Assembly: GCA_046293845.1 (NCBI GenBank)
Contig: JBKBIX010000001.1
Coordinates: 1 to 61,359, forward strand
Direction: 5' to 3'
Source: Candidatus Bipolaricaulia bacterium
Lineage (GTDB): Bacteria; Bipolaricaulota; Bipolaricaulia; RBG-16-55-9; DRXL01
Length of the DNA: 61,359 bases
How positions within the stretch are numbered: position 1 is the first letter of the stretch; every line of letters starts with the position of its first letter. A model generated the notes under the pieces. It saw only the letters and a program-made list of their open reading frames with translations, was not told the DNA's origin and searched no databases. Of the stretch, positions 9,832 to 22,566 are shown in pieces. The position numbers were made by a program, and so were the translations under genes.

Positions 9832-9892
9832 CCCGCCCTGACGGGCACCCCTCTCCCGTAGTCACCTACGGGAGAGGGGTCAGGGGTGAGGG
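9825..9892. repeat. REP-like nested palindromic element (full copy)
   Basis: The outer arms CCCTCACCCC (9825-9834) and GGGGTGAGGG (9883-9892) are complementary. So are the inner arms CCCCTCTCCCGTAG (9848-9861) and CTACGGGAGAGGGG (9866-9879). Intergenic, between the SBP and permease genes. Confidence 0.75.
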
Positions 9893-9902
9893 CCGAATAT
9901 TC

Positions 9903-10793
9903 CTAACGATCCGGATGCAACAGATCAGCAACAGCCTTGATCGTCTGGGCGATGCGCGAGCTGACCCACTGCGACGCCTTGATCCCGTAGACCTTACCCT
10001 CACGCACCGCCTTCACTTGCTGCAAGACCCGATGCTGCGTGATGAGCGGGATCAGCAACGGATCAGTAAAAATCACGCTGGGATCGCGCTTGACGATCTC
10101 CTCAAAGCTTACTTGCTTATAATCAGCGACGTCAGGGAATACGTTGATGCCCCCGGCGCGCAATACGATCTCGTTCTCCGGGGTGCCGCGCCCGGCAGCA
10201 AACGGCGGCTGCTCCCCGCTGGGATAGAGAATGGCCACCGTCGGCTTGAATCTGTCTAGTACAGTCCCTTCTATGGTCACGATCTCTTCAGCGATCTTCC
10301 CAATCAGAGTGTCGGCTCTTTTCGTGTCGCCTTCGATGACTAAATTCACTGAGCGAATCGTTCTAAAGATCTCCGTGACGCTGTCAATCGCGCCGCTGCC
10401 AACTTTACCGAGCGAGACGACGATCAGCCCCGCGCGCTCGAGCGTGTCGCGCACGGCGCCGATCGCCCCGAAGACAACGTCGGGTTTCAGTGAGATGATA
10501 ATCTCAGTATTGGGGTTGAAGATCGGCCCGACGCGCGGAATATTCGCGACTTCGGGGGGATTGTCTGCCGACTCGCTCACGCCGACAATACGGGAGAGCG
10601 CGCCTAAGTCAATGAGAATCTCCGTATACAGCGGCGTCCCAGCGACAACAATCCTCTCGGGGCGCTTAGGGATCGTGATCTCTTTCCCGCGGTCGTCGGT
10701 AACTTTGACGGGGTAATCCGCTAACGACGGTACCACCAGCCCGACGAACAACAGCGCCACCAATCCGACCAGCTTCCAGCGTGTCCAGCGCAT
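9903..10793 (-). CDS. Secreted ABC transporter substrate-binding protein (FecB/BtuF class)
   Basis: Signal peptide MRWTRWKLVGLVALLFVGLVVPSLA. Class III binding-protein-like sequence, first gene of the importer cluster. Confidence 0.8.
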   Translation of the reverse strand: MRWTRWKLVGLVALLFVGLVVPSLADYPVKVTDDRGKEITIPKRPERIVVAGTPLYTEILIDLGALSRIVGVSESADNPPEVANIPRVGPIFNPNTEIIISLKPDVVFGAIGAVRDTLERAGLIVVSLGKVGSGAIDSVTEIFRTIRSVNLVIEGDTKRADTLIGKIAEEIVTIEGTVLDRFKPTVAILYPSGEQPPFAAGRGTPENEIVLRAGGINVFPDVADYKQVSFEEIVKRDPSVIFTDPLLIPLITQHRVLQQVKAVREGKVYGIKASQWVSSRIAQTIKAVADLLHPDR

Positions 10794-10817
10794 AGGTCTC
10801 CTCCTCTGAGATTTAGA

Positions 10818-11402
10818 TTAGAGATTCGATGCCAAAGCCCACAGGACGGCCCACAGCCCGCGCGCCACTGCCCCCTTGGTCGGCCCGAAGACTATAACGA
10901 TCAGATCGCCGTTATTGAGGGTTGGGAACGCGCGTTCGAGTATCTCGCTGTCGGCCGGATTTTGCGCCGCGAGCGCTTCATGCCCCTCGATGAAGCAGAG
11001 AGCGCCCTTACGCTTAGTGAGAAGGAGCGTGGCGGTCGCGCCCTCACGCACGGCAACGTCGCGATAGAGCCACGCGGAAAAGCCATCAGCCCCTCCGCGT
11101 ATATGCGCCATCCGCGCGCATCTGTCGAGCATCAGATTCTGAAGCTGGACATCGCGGACGTCGGCTATCGGGCTGAGTTTCTTTGCGAGAAACTGCCGCC
11201 CGCGCGCCGTGAGCGCTGTGCCCAGTTTAGAGAACGAGACGAATTTCTGAGCTTCAAGCTTCTTGAGCTCCGTGCGCACGACGCTCTCGGTCAGTCCCGT
11301 CCGCTCCACGAGCGTGCGCCGCCCCACTGGGGCGTCTCGCAGCTCATAGAGCAGCTGATACGCGATGTGCTCGCGCAAGGGCGCAACGACGTGGGATGCC
11401 AT
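10818..11402 (-). CDS. Putative winged-helix regulator-like protein (DUF4443-like C-terminal domain)
   Basis: The N-terminal segment RRTLVERTGLTESVVRTELKKLEAQKFV looks like a wHTH. Lies 24 nt upstream of the importer SBP gene. The family assignment is tentative. Confidence 0.4.
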   Translation of the reverse strand: MASHVVAPLREHIAYQLLYELRDAPVGRRTLVERTGLTESVVRTELKKLEAQKFVSFSKLGTALTARGRQFLAKKLSPIADVRDVQLQNLMLDRCARMAHIRGGADGFSAWLYRDVAVREGATATLLLTKRKGALCFIEGHEALAAQNPADSEILERAFPTLNNGDLIVIVFGPTKGAVARGLWAVLWALASNL

Positions 11403-11420
11403 CTCCCACCTCCCAAACCC

Positions 11421-11501
11421 ATTTTACACACCCCCAGAGTGATGTGCAAGATTGCGCTTCTGATGAGATCATTTGACAAAGCGCGAGGGCATGGGTATAG
11501 T
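11421..11501. promoter_or_regulatory. Back-to-back divergent promoters
   Basis: Minus strand: TTGCAC (11449-11444), 17-nt spacer, TAAAAT (11426-11421). Plus strand: TTGACA (11473-11478), 17-nt spacer, TATAGT (11496-11501). Confidence 0.45.
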
Positions 11502-11531
11502 AATAAGTTACGCTTGGGAGGGTGACAGGTA

Positions 11532-12032
11532 ATGAGAAACACAACTCGCCGCGAGATCCTCGCTGAAGACACGGGAAGTCCCTACTATGAGCTGCGCAAG
11601 TACCCCGAGCCGACCGTCTGCTCAAGCTGTAATTTGGTTTATCACAAGGGGCGCTGGACAAACGGACTAGCAGCTCCCCCAGGGGCGAATCGCGAGCTGT
11701 GTCCGGCGTGCAAGCGCGTGCAGGATCGCAACCCTGGCGGCGTCGTCTATTTGGACGGCTCCTATCTCCACGCGCACCGCGACGAGATCCTGAACACCGC
11801 GAAGAACCAGGAGAAGCTCGCCCGCGAGCAGCGCCCTCTTCAGAGAATCATGTGGATCAAACCGAACGAGAACGGTTTGGAGATCGCTACGACCAATTTT
11901 CACCTAGCCCGCCGCATCGGCGAGGCGATCCATCAAGCCCACAAGGGCAATTTAGACATTAAATACTCCGAGGGAGATCGGTTCGCCCGCATCTACTGGC
12001 ACCGCGACGACCAGCCAAAACCTAAAAAATAA
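11532..12032 (+). CDS. Zinc-ribbon protein, NMD3-like/BCAM0308-like hypothetical
   Basis: 166 aa with CSSC...CPAC cysteine pairs. GGGAGGGTGA RBS before the ATG. Confidence 0.4.
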   Translation: MRNTTRREILAEDTGSPYYELRKYPEPTVCSSCNLVYHKGRWTNGLAAPPGANRELCPACKRVQDRNPGGVVYLDGSYLHAHRDEILNTAKNQEKLAREQRPLQRIMWIKPNENGLEIATTNFHLARRIGEAIHQAHKGNLDIKYSEGDRFARIYWHRDDQPKPKK

Positions 12033-12664
12033 TGTCTCTCGGTGATGAGAGCCTGCGCGCTCTCTTAGAGAAGCTTTCGGCGGCGACGCCCACGCCGGGC
12101 GGAGGCAGCGCTGCGGCTTTGGTGGGGAGTATTGCAGCGTCTCTGGTGGCGATGGTCGCGGGATTAACTATCGGGAAGAAAGCCTATCAGTCCGTCGAGC
12201 AGGAGATGCGCAGCGTGCTCTCTGAAGCGATTAGGCTCCGCGATGAGCTTTTAGAATGCGCAGAGCGCGACAGCGTCGCGTTCAATGCCGTGATGGCCGC
12301 GTACAAGCTCCCTAAAGAGACGGAAGCGGCTCGCGCTGAGAGAGAACAGACGATTCAATCCGCGCTCAAAGGCGCGACGGAAGCCCCCTATCAGACGGCG
12401 CTGCGGTGCTCTCGCATCTTAGAGCTTGCGGAGATCGTCGTCACGAGGGGGAACAAGAGCGCACTCAGCGATGGAGGCGCAGCAGCTGTTCTTGCTGAGG
12501 GCGCTTTACAAGCAGCACTGCTCAATATCGCGATCAACCTCTCGGCGATCTTCGACGAATCTTTTAAGAGAGAGTATATGCGTGAGCGTGAGCGGCTTGC
12601 CCAGCAGGCGCACGAGAAGCGAGCGACGATCTTGAAAAAAGTTGCGGAGCGCCTTGGGGGCTAG
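12032..12664 (+). CDS. Cyclodeaminase/cyclohydrolase family protein (FTCD C-terminal-like)
   Basis: The PTPGGGSAAALVGSIAASLVAMV motif is typical of formiminotetrahydrofolate cyclodeaminase-like proteins. Confidence 0.8.
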   Translation: MSLGDESLRALLEKLSAATPTPGGGSAAALVGSIAASLVAMVAGLTIGKKAYQSVEQEMRSVLSEAIRLRDELLECAERDSVAFNAVMAAYKLPKETEAARAEREQTIQSALKGATEAPYQTALRCSRILELAEIVVTRGNKSALSDGGAAAVLAEGALQAALLNIAINLSAIFDESFKREYMRERERLAQQAHEKRATILKKVAERLGG

Positions 12665-12703
12665 ACGGCTAAGGGGTCTGACCAGAAAAACATCATCGTG
12701 AGC

Positions 12704-12732
12704 TTGCCCAGCTAGACTGCTCGCATTATACT
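12704..12732 (+). promoter_or_regulatory. Promoter TTGCCC-17-TATACT placed for a (near-)leaderless transcript
   Basis: The -10 box ends 6 nt before the ATG at 12739, and no Shine-Dalgarno sequence is present. Confidence 0.35.
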
Positions 12733-12738
12733 AATGAG

Positions 12739-13521
12739 ATGAAAGACTTGAAAACCATCGCCATCGAAGCGGCCCATCAGGCAGGAAAGCTCTTGCGCCA
12801 AAACTTTCGCCATAGCCATCGCTTCGAACTCAAAAGCGGGTTCCGTGACTTAGTTACGGAGTTCGACCGCCGCGCCGAAGAGATCATCGTCTCTCTTATC
12901 AGAAAACATTGCCCCGACCACTCCATTCTCACCGAAGAAGGCTCAGTGCACCCCACAGACACGTCTCCCTATCAGTGGATCATCGACCCCATCGACGGCA
13001 CAACCAACTTCGCCCATGGCTTCCCGTTCTTCGCGATCTCCATCGCGCTCTATCATAAAGATGACGCGCTCGTGGGCGTCGTGTATAATCCCATCCATGA
13101 CGAGCTGTTCGTCGGCGAAGCTGGCCAGGGAGCGCATCTCAACGGCCAGCCCATCAGGGTCTCGCAGACCGAGACTCTGCATGAGAGCTTGGTCATGACC
13201 GGCTTCCCCTACGACGAACGCTTGATCCCACAGCACTTAGCATGGTGGGAGCGCTTTGCGAGAAAGACGCAGACGCTGCGACGGCTCGGCTCGTCAGCTT
13301 TGGCGCTCTCGTACTTGGCTGCAGGGCGCGCTGACGGCTACTGGGAGTTGGACTTAAAGCCGTGGGACATGGCGGCAGCGGTACTCATCGTGCGCGAGGC
13401 CGGCGGAAAAGTCACGGACTTGCGCGGCAATGCGCTCAATCTCTACGGTGGTGAAGTCTTAGCGACCAACGGGAGGATTCACGACACGATGATAGAGATC
13501 TTACAGGGCGAGCGTGAATGA
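12739..13521 (+). CDS. suhB: Inositol monophosphatase family protein
   Basis: [12 protein letters not shown] and other IMPase motifs; 260 aa. Confidence 0.85.
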   Translation: MKDLKTIAIEAAHQAGKLLRQNFRHSHRFELKSGFRDLVTEFDRRAEEIIVSLIRKHCPDHSILTEEGSVHPTDTSPYQWIIDPIDGTTNFAHGFPFFAISIALYHKDDALVGVVYNPIHDELFVGEAGQGAHLNGQPIRVSQTETLHESLVMTGFPYDERLIPQHLAWWERFARKTQTLRRLGSSALALSYLAAGRADGYWELDLKPWDMAAAVLIVREAGGKVTDLRGNALNLYGGEVLATNGRIHDTMIEILQGERE

Positions 13522-14843
13522 CCATGGAGCAGACGTATATCGAAGATATTGCCCAGAAAGTCGGGCAAGAGGTCTTGATCTGCGGCTGGCTCTATAACCG
13601 TCGCGAGTCTGGGAAGATTCAGTTTCTGCTCATTCGCGACGGCACAGGGGTCATCCAGGCTGTCGTCACCAAAGCCGACGGGGAAGCCTTTGAGAAAGCC
13701 CTCAAACTTACCCAAGAGTCGTCGTTAAAAGTGCGGGGCACGGTACGGGAGGACCCGCGCGCCCCCGGCGGGTACGAACTCCAAATTAAAGACATAGAGA
13801 TAGTCCAGCGAGTCGAGGAGAAGTACCCCATTGACTTGAAGGAGCACGGGCCGGGGTTTCTGTTAGACCATCGGCACTTGTGGATTCGCTCGCCACGGCA
13901 AGCAGCGATTCTGAGAGTGCGCCACGAAGTAATGCGAGCGATTCGGGATTTCTTCGACGAGCGGGGCTTTATCGCGACCGAGTCGCCCATTCTCACCCCC
14001 TCAGCGTGTGAGGGCACGACCACGCTCTTTGAAGTCAATTATTTCGACGAGAAGGCGTATCTATCGCAGAGTGGGCAGCTCTACTTAGAAGCGACGGCGA
14101 TGGCACTGGGCAAAGTCTACTGGATCGGCCCAGCCTTCAGGGCTGAAAAATCCAAGACCCGCAAGCACTTAACAGAGTTTTGGATGGCCGAGGCGGAAGT
14201 CGCGTTCTTCGAGCACGAGCAGAATCTCAAACTGCAAGAAGAGCTTGTCAAATATGTGATCGGGCGCTGTCTGCAGAGGCGCGCCCGCGAACTCAAAGAG
14301 CTCGGACGCCAGACGGCTGCGTTAGAGAGGGTCATTGAGGAGCCGTTCGCGCGCATCACCTATGCTGAATCCCTAGAGATCGTTAACGATCTGTTGAAGG
14401 AGAAGATCGCCTCTGGAGAAGTCGAGAAGCTCACGTGGGGGGACGATTTCGGCGCGCCGCACGAAGAAGCCCTGGGGCAGCACTTTGGGCGACCCATCTT
14501 CGTCGAGTTCTTCCCCGCGAAGATGAAAGCGTTTTATATGGAGCCCAAGCCCGATAACCCCGAGCTCGTTCTGGCAGCAGATTTGATCGCTCCTGAAGGC
14601 TACGGTGAAATTATCGGGGGCAGCCAGCGCATTTCAGATATTCATCTCTTACGGCAGCGCTTGAAGGACTTTGGGCTGCCTGAGGAGCCATATCAATGGT
14701 ACATTGATTTGCGAAAATACGGGGGCGTGCCGCATTCGGGCTTTGGCTTGGGTATTGAACGTCTCACCACGTGGATTGCGGGGATCGAGCACCTGCGCGA
14801 GACGATCCCGTTCCCGAGAATGATCTATCGGCTCAAACCATAA
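13518..14843 (+). CDS. asnS: Asparagine--tRNA ligase
   Basis: Class IIb aaRS with an OB-fold N-terminus, [27 protein letters not shown] and GFGLGIERL motifs; 441 aa. Confidence 0.85.
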   Translation: MTMEQTYIEDIAQKVGQEVLICGWLYNRRESGKIQFLLIRDGTGVIQAVVTKADGEAFEKALKLTQESSLKVRGTVREDPRAPGGYELQIKDIEIVQRVEEKYPIDLKEHGPGFLLDHRHLWIRSPRQAAILRVRHEVMRAIRDFFDERGFIATESPILTPSACEGTTTLFEVNYFDEKAYLSQSGQLYLEATAMALGKVYWIGPAFRAEKSKTRKHLTEFWMAEAEVAFFEHEQNLKLQEELVKYVIGRCLQRRARELKELGRQTAALERVIEEPFARITYAESLEIVNDLLKEKIASGEVEKLTWGDDFGAPHEEALGQHFGRPIFVEFFPAKMKAFYMEPKPDNPELVLAADLIAPEGYGEIIGGSQRISDIHLLRQRLKDFGLPEEPYQWYIDLRKYGGVPHSGFGLGIERLTTWIAGIEHLRETIPFPRMIYRLKP

Positions 14844-14848
14844 GACAA

Positions 14849-14883
14849 AACGGGGAGCGAGTTTTACGCTCTCGCTCCCCGTT
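14849..14883. terminator. Intrinsic terminator hairpin between the convergent asnS and hup genes
   Basis: 13-bp stem AACGGGGAGCGAG / CTCGCTCCCCGTT with a 9-nt loop. On the minus strand it is followed by TTTTGTC, which fits the hup transcript. No U-tract follows on the plus strand. Confidence 0.6.
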
Positions 14884-14898
14884 ATCATCATAGCGATA

Positions 14899-15219
14899 TT
14901 ATTTTCGGACTTCGAGCTTGCCCCCCGCCTCCACCACGCGCAGGCTGCGCGCGAGCTTCTCGCGAAGCCCTTTGCCCGGCTTGAACGTCGGCACGACCTT
15001 GCGCGGCACGCGGATCCGCTCGCGCGTCTGCGGATTGATCCGATTCGACTCGCGTCGTGCGCGCGGCTCGAACTTGCCAAACCCCGTCAACTGCACTGGC
15101 TCGTTCTTGCTCAGCGTCTCCGTGATCAACCCGAAGACCGCATCTACGGTCTGGCGGGCGCTGCGCTTGGTGAGACTGAGCCGACCGGCCAACTTCTCAA
15201 TGAATTCGTTGCGGTTCAC
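14899..15219 (-). CDS. hup: HU/IHF family DNA-binding protein
   Basis: Motifs MNRNEFIEKLA...VQLTGFGKF...NPQT..I.VP, typical of HU; 106 aa with a basic C-terminal tail. Confidence 0.85.
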   Translation of the reverse strand: MNRNEFIEKLAGRLSLTKRSARQTVDAVFGLITETLSKNEPVQLTGFGKFEPRARRESNRINPQTRERIRVPRKVVPTFKPGKGLREKLARSLRVVEAGGKLEVRK

Positions 15220-15383
15220 TCATTTCACCCCCTCTCCGTTAAGATATTGTCGGGCATTCTAGCCCTCTACCATCTCCCCTGACTGCAAAGAAAAAGCCTT
15301 GCCACCTTGAAAATCTCTTTTTCGAAACTTATTTTAGCACATGCGTGCGAGAAAGTCAAGATTAAGACTGAAACGCAGAGCGT

Positions 15384-15412
15384 TTGACAGTGACCGATCT
15401 GTCTGCTATACT
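15384..15412 (+). promoter_or_regulatory. Promoter of the rpsF-ssb-rpsR operon (TTGACA-17-TATACT)
   Basis: TTGACA at 15384-15389, a 17-nt spacer, TATACT at 15407-15412. Confidence 0.55.
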
Positions 15413-15437
15413 CAAACACCTGCAGAGCATTATCGAG

Positions 15438-15743
15438 ATGGAGGAGCTAGTGGCAACTCAACGTGCATACGAAGTATTATATATAGTTCGGCCGGACTTA
15501 GAGAAGGCCCAGCTGGAGCAAGCGGTCACGAAGTTTCAGAAGGCCGTGAACGAAAGCGGTGGCCAGGTCGTCACCATTGACGAATGGGGCATGCGCCTGC
15601 TAGCCTATCAGGTGAAGAAGTTCGACAAGGGCTACTATGTGCTCATGGAGTTCACGGGGACGCCTGAACACGTGAAGAAGCTCGAAGAGCGGTTTAAGCT
15701 CGACGAGAACATCCTGCGCTATCAAATCGTCCGTCAAGAGTGA
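15438..15743 (+). CDS. rpsF: 30S ribosomal protein S6
   Basis: RAYEVLYIVRPDL matches the S6 N-terminus. The start is uncertain (ATG 15438 or GTG 15450). The TTG at 15384 in the ORF track is the -35 box. Confidence 0.85.
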   Translation: MEELVATQRAYEVLYIVRPDLEKAQLEQAVTKFQKAVNESGGQVVTIDEWGMRLLAYQVKKFDKGYYVLMEFTGTPEHVKKLEERFKLDENILRYQIVRQE

Positions 15744-15748
15744 CAGCG

Positions 15749-16168
15749 ATGCCAAGCTTGAACCATGTTGTGCTGATCGGCAATCTGACTGACGACCCGG
15801 AGCTGCGCTACACCCAGAACGGTATGGCACGCGCGCGGTTCTCTATCGCTGTCAATCGGCGCTGGCGCGACCGCGACGGCAACCTCCAAGAAGAGACGAC
15901 GTTCGTGCCCATTGTCGTGTGGGGGCAGCAAGCTGAGAACTGCGTGAACTTCTTGAGCAAAGGGAGCACGGTGGCGGTTGAGGGGCGCTTGCGCATTGAC
16001 ACCTATCAGACTGAAGAGGGAGAGCGACGCAAGGTCACCGAAGTCGTGGCGCGCACCGTGCAGTTCTTAGATAGTCGTCGCGGTGAGGGCGAGCCCCCTG
16101 CTCCGCCGGACAAATCCGATGAAACCAAAGAGATCCCCCAAGAAGGAGAGGAAGAAGTTCCGTTTTAG
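15749..16168 (+). CDS. ssb: Single-stranded DNA-binding protein
   Basis: LNHVVLIGNLTDDPELRYT OB-fold start and an acidic C-terminal tip EEEVPF. Confidence 0.9.
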   Translation: MPSLNHVVLIGNLTDDPELRYTQNGMARARFSIAVNRRWRDRDGNLQEETTFVPIVVWGQQAENCVNFLSKGSTVAVEGRLRIDTYQTEEGERRKVTEVVARTVQFLDSRRGEGEPPAPPDKSDETKEIPQEGEEEVPF

Positions 16169-16174
16169 CGAGCT

Positions 16175-16441
16175 ATGAGAATGGCGAAGAGAGATACGAT
16201 GGAGAACAAGGGCCGGATGCAGCGCGGCAAGTTGAAGGGCCGCGACGAGTGTAAGCTGTGTGAGCACGATGTAGTGCTCACCTACAAGCAGCCGGATGAG
16301 CTCAAGAGATTCATGAACAAGCTTGGCAAGATTCTGCCGCGCCGCGCATCGCGGCTGTGCGCCAAGCACCAGCGCCAGCTGGCCCGCCAAGTCAAGCGCG
16401 CCCGCAAGATGGCGCTCCTCCCCTACGAAGTCGAACAGTAA
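16175..16441 (+). CDS. rpsR: 30S ribosomal protein S18
   Basis: Y.D...L..F....GKILPRR.S.LC.KHQR.L...VKRAR..ALLPY pattern. Confidence 0.9.
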   Translation: MRMAKRDTMENKGRMQRGKLKGRDECKLCEHDVVLTYKQPDELKRFMNKLGKILPRRASRLCAKHQRQLARQVKRARKMALLPYEVEQ

Positions 16442-16488
16442 GTTGACCAGAGCGTCCCAGCTCGGTTTAATAGAGTCGGTGGTCGACA

Positions 16489-19134
<2,646 letters not shown>

Positions 19135-19138
<4 letters not shown>

Positions 19139-22100
19139 GCCCATTTGTGCACTTGCACGTGCATTCGGAGTACAGTCTACTCGACGCGATGTGTCGCATC
19201 GAGGAACTCGTGAAAAAGTGCGTGGAGCAGAAGATGCCCGCGCTCGCTCTTACTGATCACGGCAACCTCTGCGGGGCGATCGAGTTCTATAAACACGCTA
19301 CAGAACACGGGATCAAGCCCATTCTTGGATGCGAACTCTACGTCGCCCCTAAGAGCCGTCACACAAAATCAAAAGAAGACGGGACAAAATATTATCACTT
19401 AACGGTGCTCGCCCGAAACGAGACGGGCTATCGCAATTTAGTGAAGCTCACAAGCTTAGGCTATCTTGAGGGGTTCTATTACAAACCCAGAGTGGACAAA
19501 GAGCTGTTGCGGCGCTACAGTCAGGGGCTTATTATCCTATCGGGCTGTCGCAGCAGCGAGATCTGTCGGCTCTTGGGCCAGAACAGATTTGAGAGTGCTC
19601 TTGGGGTCGCGCAGGAGTTCCGCGCGATAGTTGGCCCCGAGAATTTTTATATCGAGCTTCAGAATCACGGCCAGCCCGAAGACGAAGCACGCAACGAACA
19701 GTTAGTTGAGCTCGCCCGTCGCTTGGACGCGCCCATCGTCGCGACCAACGACGTGCACTATATCTCCCGCGAGGACCGTGAGGCTCACGACGTCTTATTG
19801 AATATCCAGGGCGAGAAGACCCTCGCCGACGAGGATCGTCGCTCGTATGAGGGCGAGGAGTATTACCTTAAGAGTTTCGAAGAGCTTGCGCCGCTCTTTG
19901 CCCGCTGGCCTCAGGCTCTCGAGAACACCGTGCGCATCGCGGAGCAGTGCGATGTGAAATTAGACTTTTCTAAAGCCCATCTGCCGACATTTGAACTGCT
20001 CTCTGGGTATAAAGACGTCAACGACTATCTGCGTGCGTTGGTGTATGAGGGCGCGCGGGCGCGCTTTGGCGAGCTGACTGCAGAGATCACAGACCGCCTT
20101 GAATACGAACTCGACGTGATTGCTCAGATGGGTTATTCTGGGTATTTTTTGATCGTTCAAGACTTCGTGAAGTTTGCAAAAAGCCAAAATATTCCGGTGG
20201 GACCGGGGCGCGGCTCAGCCGCCGGCAGCTTGGTCTGTTATTGCTTGGGCATTACCGACGTTGATCCCCTCAAATATGGACTGATCTTTGAGCGGTTCTT
20301 AAACCCGGCGCGCGTCAGCCTCCCCGATATTGATATTGATTTCTGTATGCGCCGCCGCGATGAGGTCATTCAGTATGTCGAACAAAAATATGGGCGCGAG
20401 CGGGTCGCCCAAATCGCGACGTTCGACAAGATGAAAGCGCGCAGCGTGGTGCGCGACGTCGCCCGCGTGATGGGCTTTGCCTACTCTGAAGCCGACAAGA
20501 TCGCCAAGCTCATCCCCTTCGGGGCGACGCTCGACGAAGCGCTCGAGGGCGTGAGCGAATTGCGCCGACGCTACGAGACAGACCCGCAAGTGCGAAAACT
20601 CTTAAACGTCGCGCGCAAGCTCGAAGGGCTTGCCCGTAATGCCGCGACTCACGCAGCAGGTGTCGTCATTACCCCCGGAGAAGTGACAGATTTTGCGCCG
20701 CTTCTGCGCATCAGCGACGGCTCCGTGCGCACCCAGTACAACATGAAGGACTTAGAAACGATTGGCCTGCTCAAGATAGACTTTCTGGGACTGCGCAATT
20801 TGACCGCGATTGCCGACACGATCAAATTCGTCAAAAAGCTCACAGGCGAAGAGATCGTTCTTCAGAAGATCCCCTTGGACGATCCTGATGTCTATGCGAT
20901 GTTGCAGCAGGGGCGCACGACGGGCGTCTTTCAGCTTGAGGGCTCCGGGGTCACGGCACTGCTCACGAGGTTGGAGCCCACGGAGTTTCGCGATCTCATC
21001 GCGATCTTAGCGCTGTATCGTCCTGGCCCGCTGGAGAGCGGTATGGCCAACGATTATATTGAGCGCAAGCATGGACGCCAGCCGGTGACCTATCCCCATC
21101 CCGATCTCGAAGCGGTGCTCAAAGAGACCTACGGGCTGCCGATCTATCAAGATCAGTTATTGCTGATGGCGCGCACGCTCGCGGGGTTCAGCCTCGCTGA
21201 AGCAGATATCCTGCGCGTTGCCGTAGGCAAGAAGAAGAAAGACGTGATGGAGAGGATGCGCGCGCGCTTCGTCGAAGGGTGTGTGCAGAACGGGATCGCC
21301 CGCGCTAAGGCTGAAGAACTCTTCGCCGATATCGAAAAATTTGCGCGCTACGGGTTCGTCAAGGCCCACTCGACAGCCTATGCCCTGATCTCCTATTGGA
21401 CAGCCTATCTCAAAGTGAAATACCCCACGTGCTACTTAGCAGCGCTCCTGACGAGCGTCGCGGGGAACACTGAAAAAATCGCTGAGTATATCCAAGAGTG
21501 TCGCGAGCTGGGTATAACCGTGCTGCCCCCGGATATTAACGAGAGCGACGCGGACTTTACGCCGCTGCCGAACAAGCACATTCGCTTTGGGCTGGGCGCG
21601 ATCAAGAACGTGGGCACTGCGACCGTGCACGCGATTTTAGAAGCCCGCAAGCAGGGCGGGCCGTTCCGTAGCTTCGCTGATTTCTGCCGTCGCGTTCCCA
21701 GTGACGCTCTCAATCGCGAGGTGCTAGAAAGCCTTATAAAGTGTGGAGCATTGGATCGCTTCGGCACGCGCAAGGGATTGCTGTCCCAGATCGAAGCTGG
21801 GCTGGCACTTGCGGCGCAAGCGCATCAAGAGCGCAGGAGCGGCCAGAAGTCGTTCTTCGATCACGAGGAGACGGAGTTTTCTCTCGGTCGCCCATCTGAC
21901 GGGCACGAAGAATTTGCGAAATCGGAGCTGTTGCGGTTCGAGAAGGAGCTGCTCGGGCTCTATGTGAGCGGGCACCCATTAGAGCATTTGAAGGAGCGTC
22001 TGGCACTGCTGTGCACGTGCGATCTGCGGGAGGTGCAAGATCAGCCTGAGGGAAGGGAGCTTCAGTTGGGCGGGCGGATTGATTCCTTGCGGGTGATCAC

Positions 22101-22563
22101 GACAAATTCTGGGAAGCGCATGGCATTTGTGCGCCTCGAAGACCTCGCCGGGCAAGTCGAAGTCACCGTCTTCCCCGAATCTTATGAGCACGCCAAGCGA
22201 TTGCTCAAAGAAGATCAGATCGTGTGGCTACGCGGGCGAGCCGAAAGGCGCACCGAACGCTCCAACGGTGTCCAAGTTATTGCTGAAGAACTCTTGTCTC
22301 TTGAAGAGGCAGAGCGCACGGTGCAGCTCTATCTCAATCTAGACCCAGAGCAGGTCACGGAGTCATTTGTGCATAGACTGAAGGAATCTTTGGGGGCGTC
22401 GCCTGGGGCGTCGCCGGTCTACGTGCGGCTGTCGGGCGATGAGCCCATGACAGTCCGATTAGGGATGAGCGTGGGGCTGACCAAAACCCTGCTGACACAA
22501 CTTGAAGCACTCGTAGGTGATGCAACCAAGATTCAGCGGGTGACGCGCAAGGGAGGCCGATAG
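19135..22563 (+). CDS. dnaE: DNA polymerase III alpha subunit
   Basis: 1142 aa with PHP domain start FVHLHVHSEYSLLD, palm/fingers motifs and an OB fold. No intein-sized insertion. Confidence 0.95.
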
Positions 22564-22566
22564 CCT

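Noticed and set aside
11403-11531. Cobalamin riboswitch upstream of the importer/cobO cluster
   Set aside because: The region is only about 130 nt and is filled by two back-to-back promoters and RBSs. No B12-box-like sequence was seen there, nor in the 24-nt gap at 10794-10817.
15384-15437. TTG-initiated N-terminal extension of ribosomal protein S6
   Set aside because: The TTG is the first half of a TTGACA -35 box with a TATACT -10 box 17 nt downstream. S6 homology starts at RAYEVLYIVRP.
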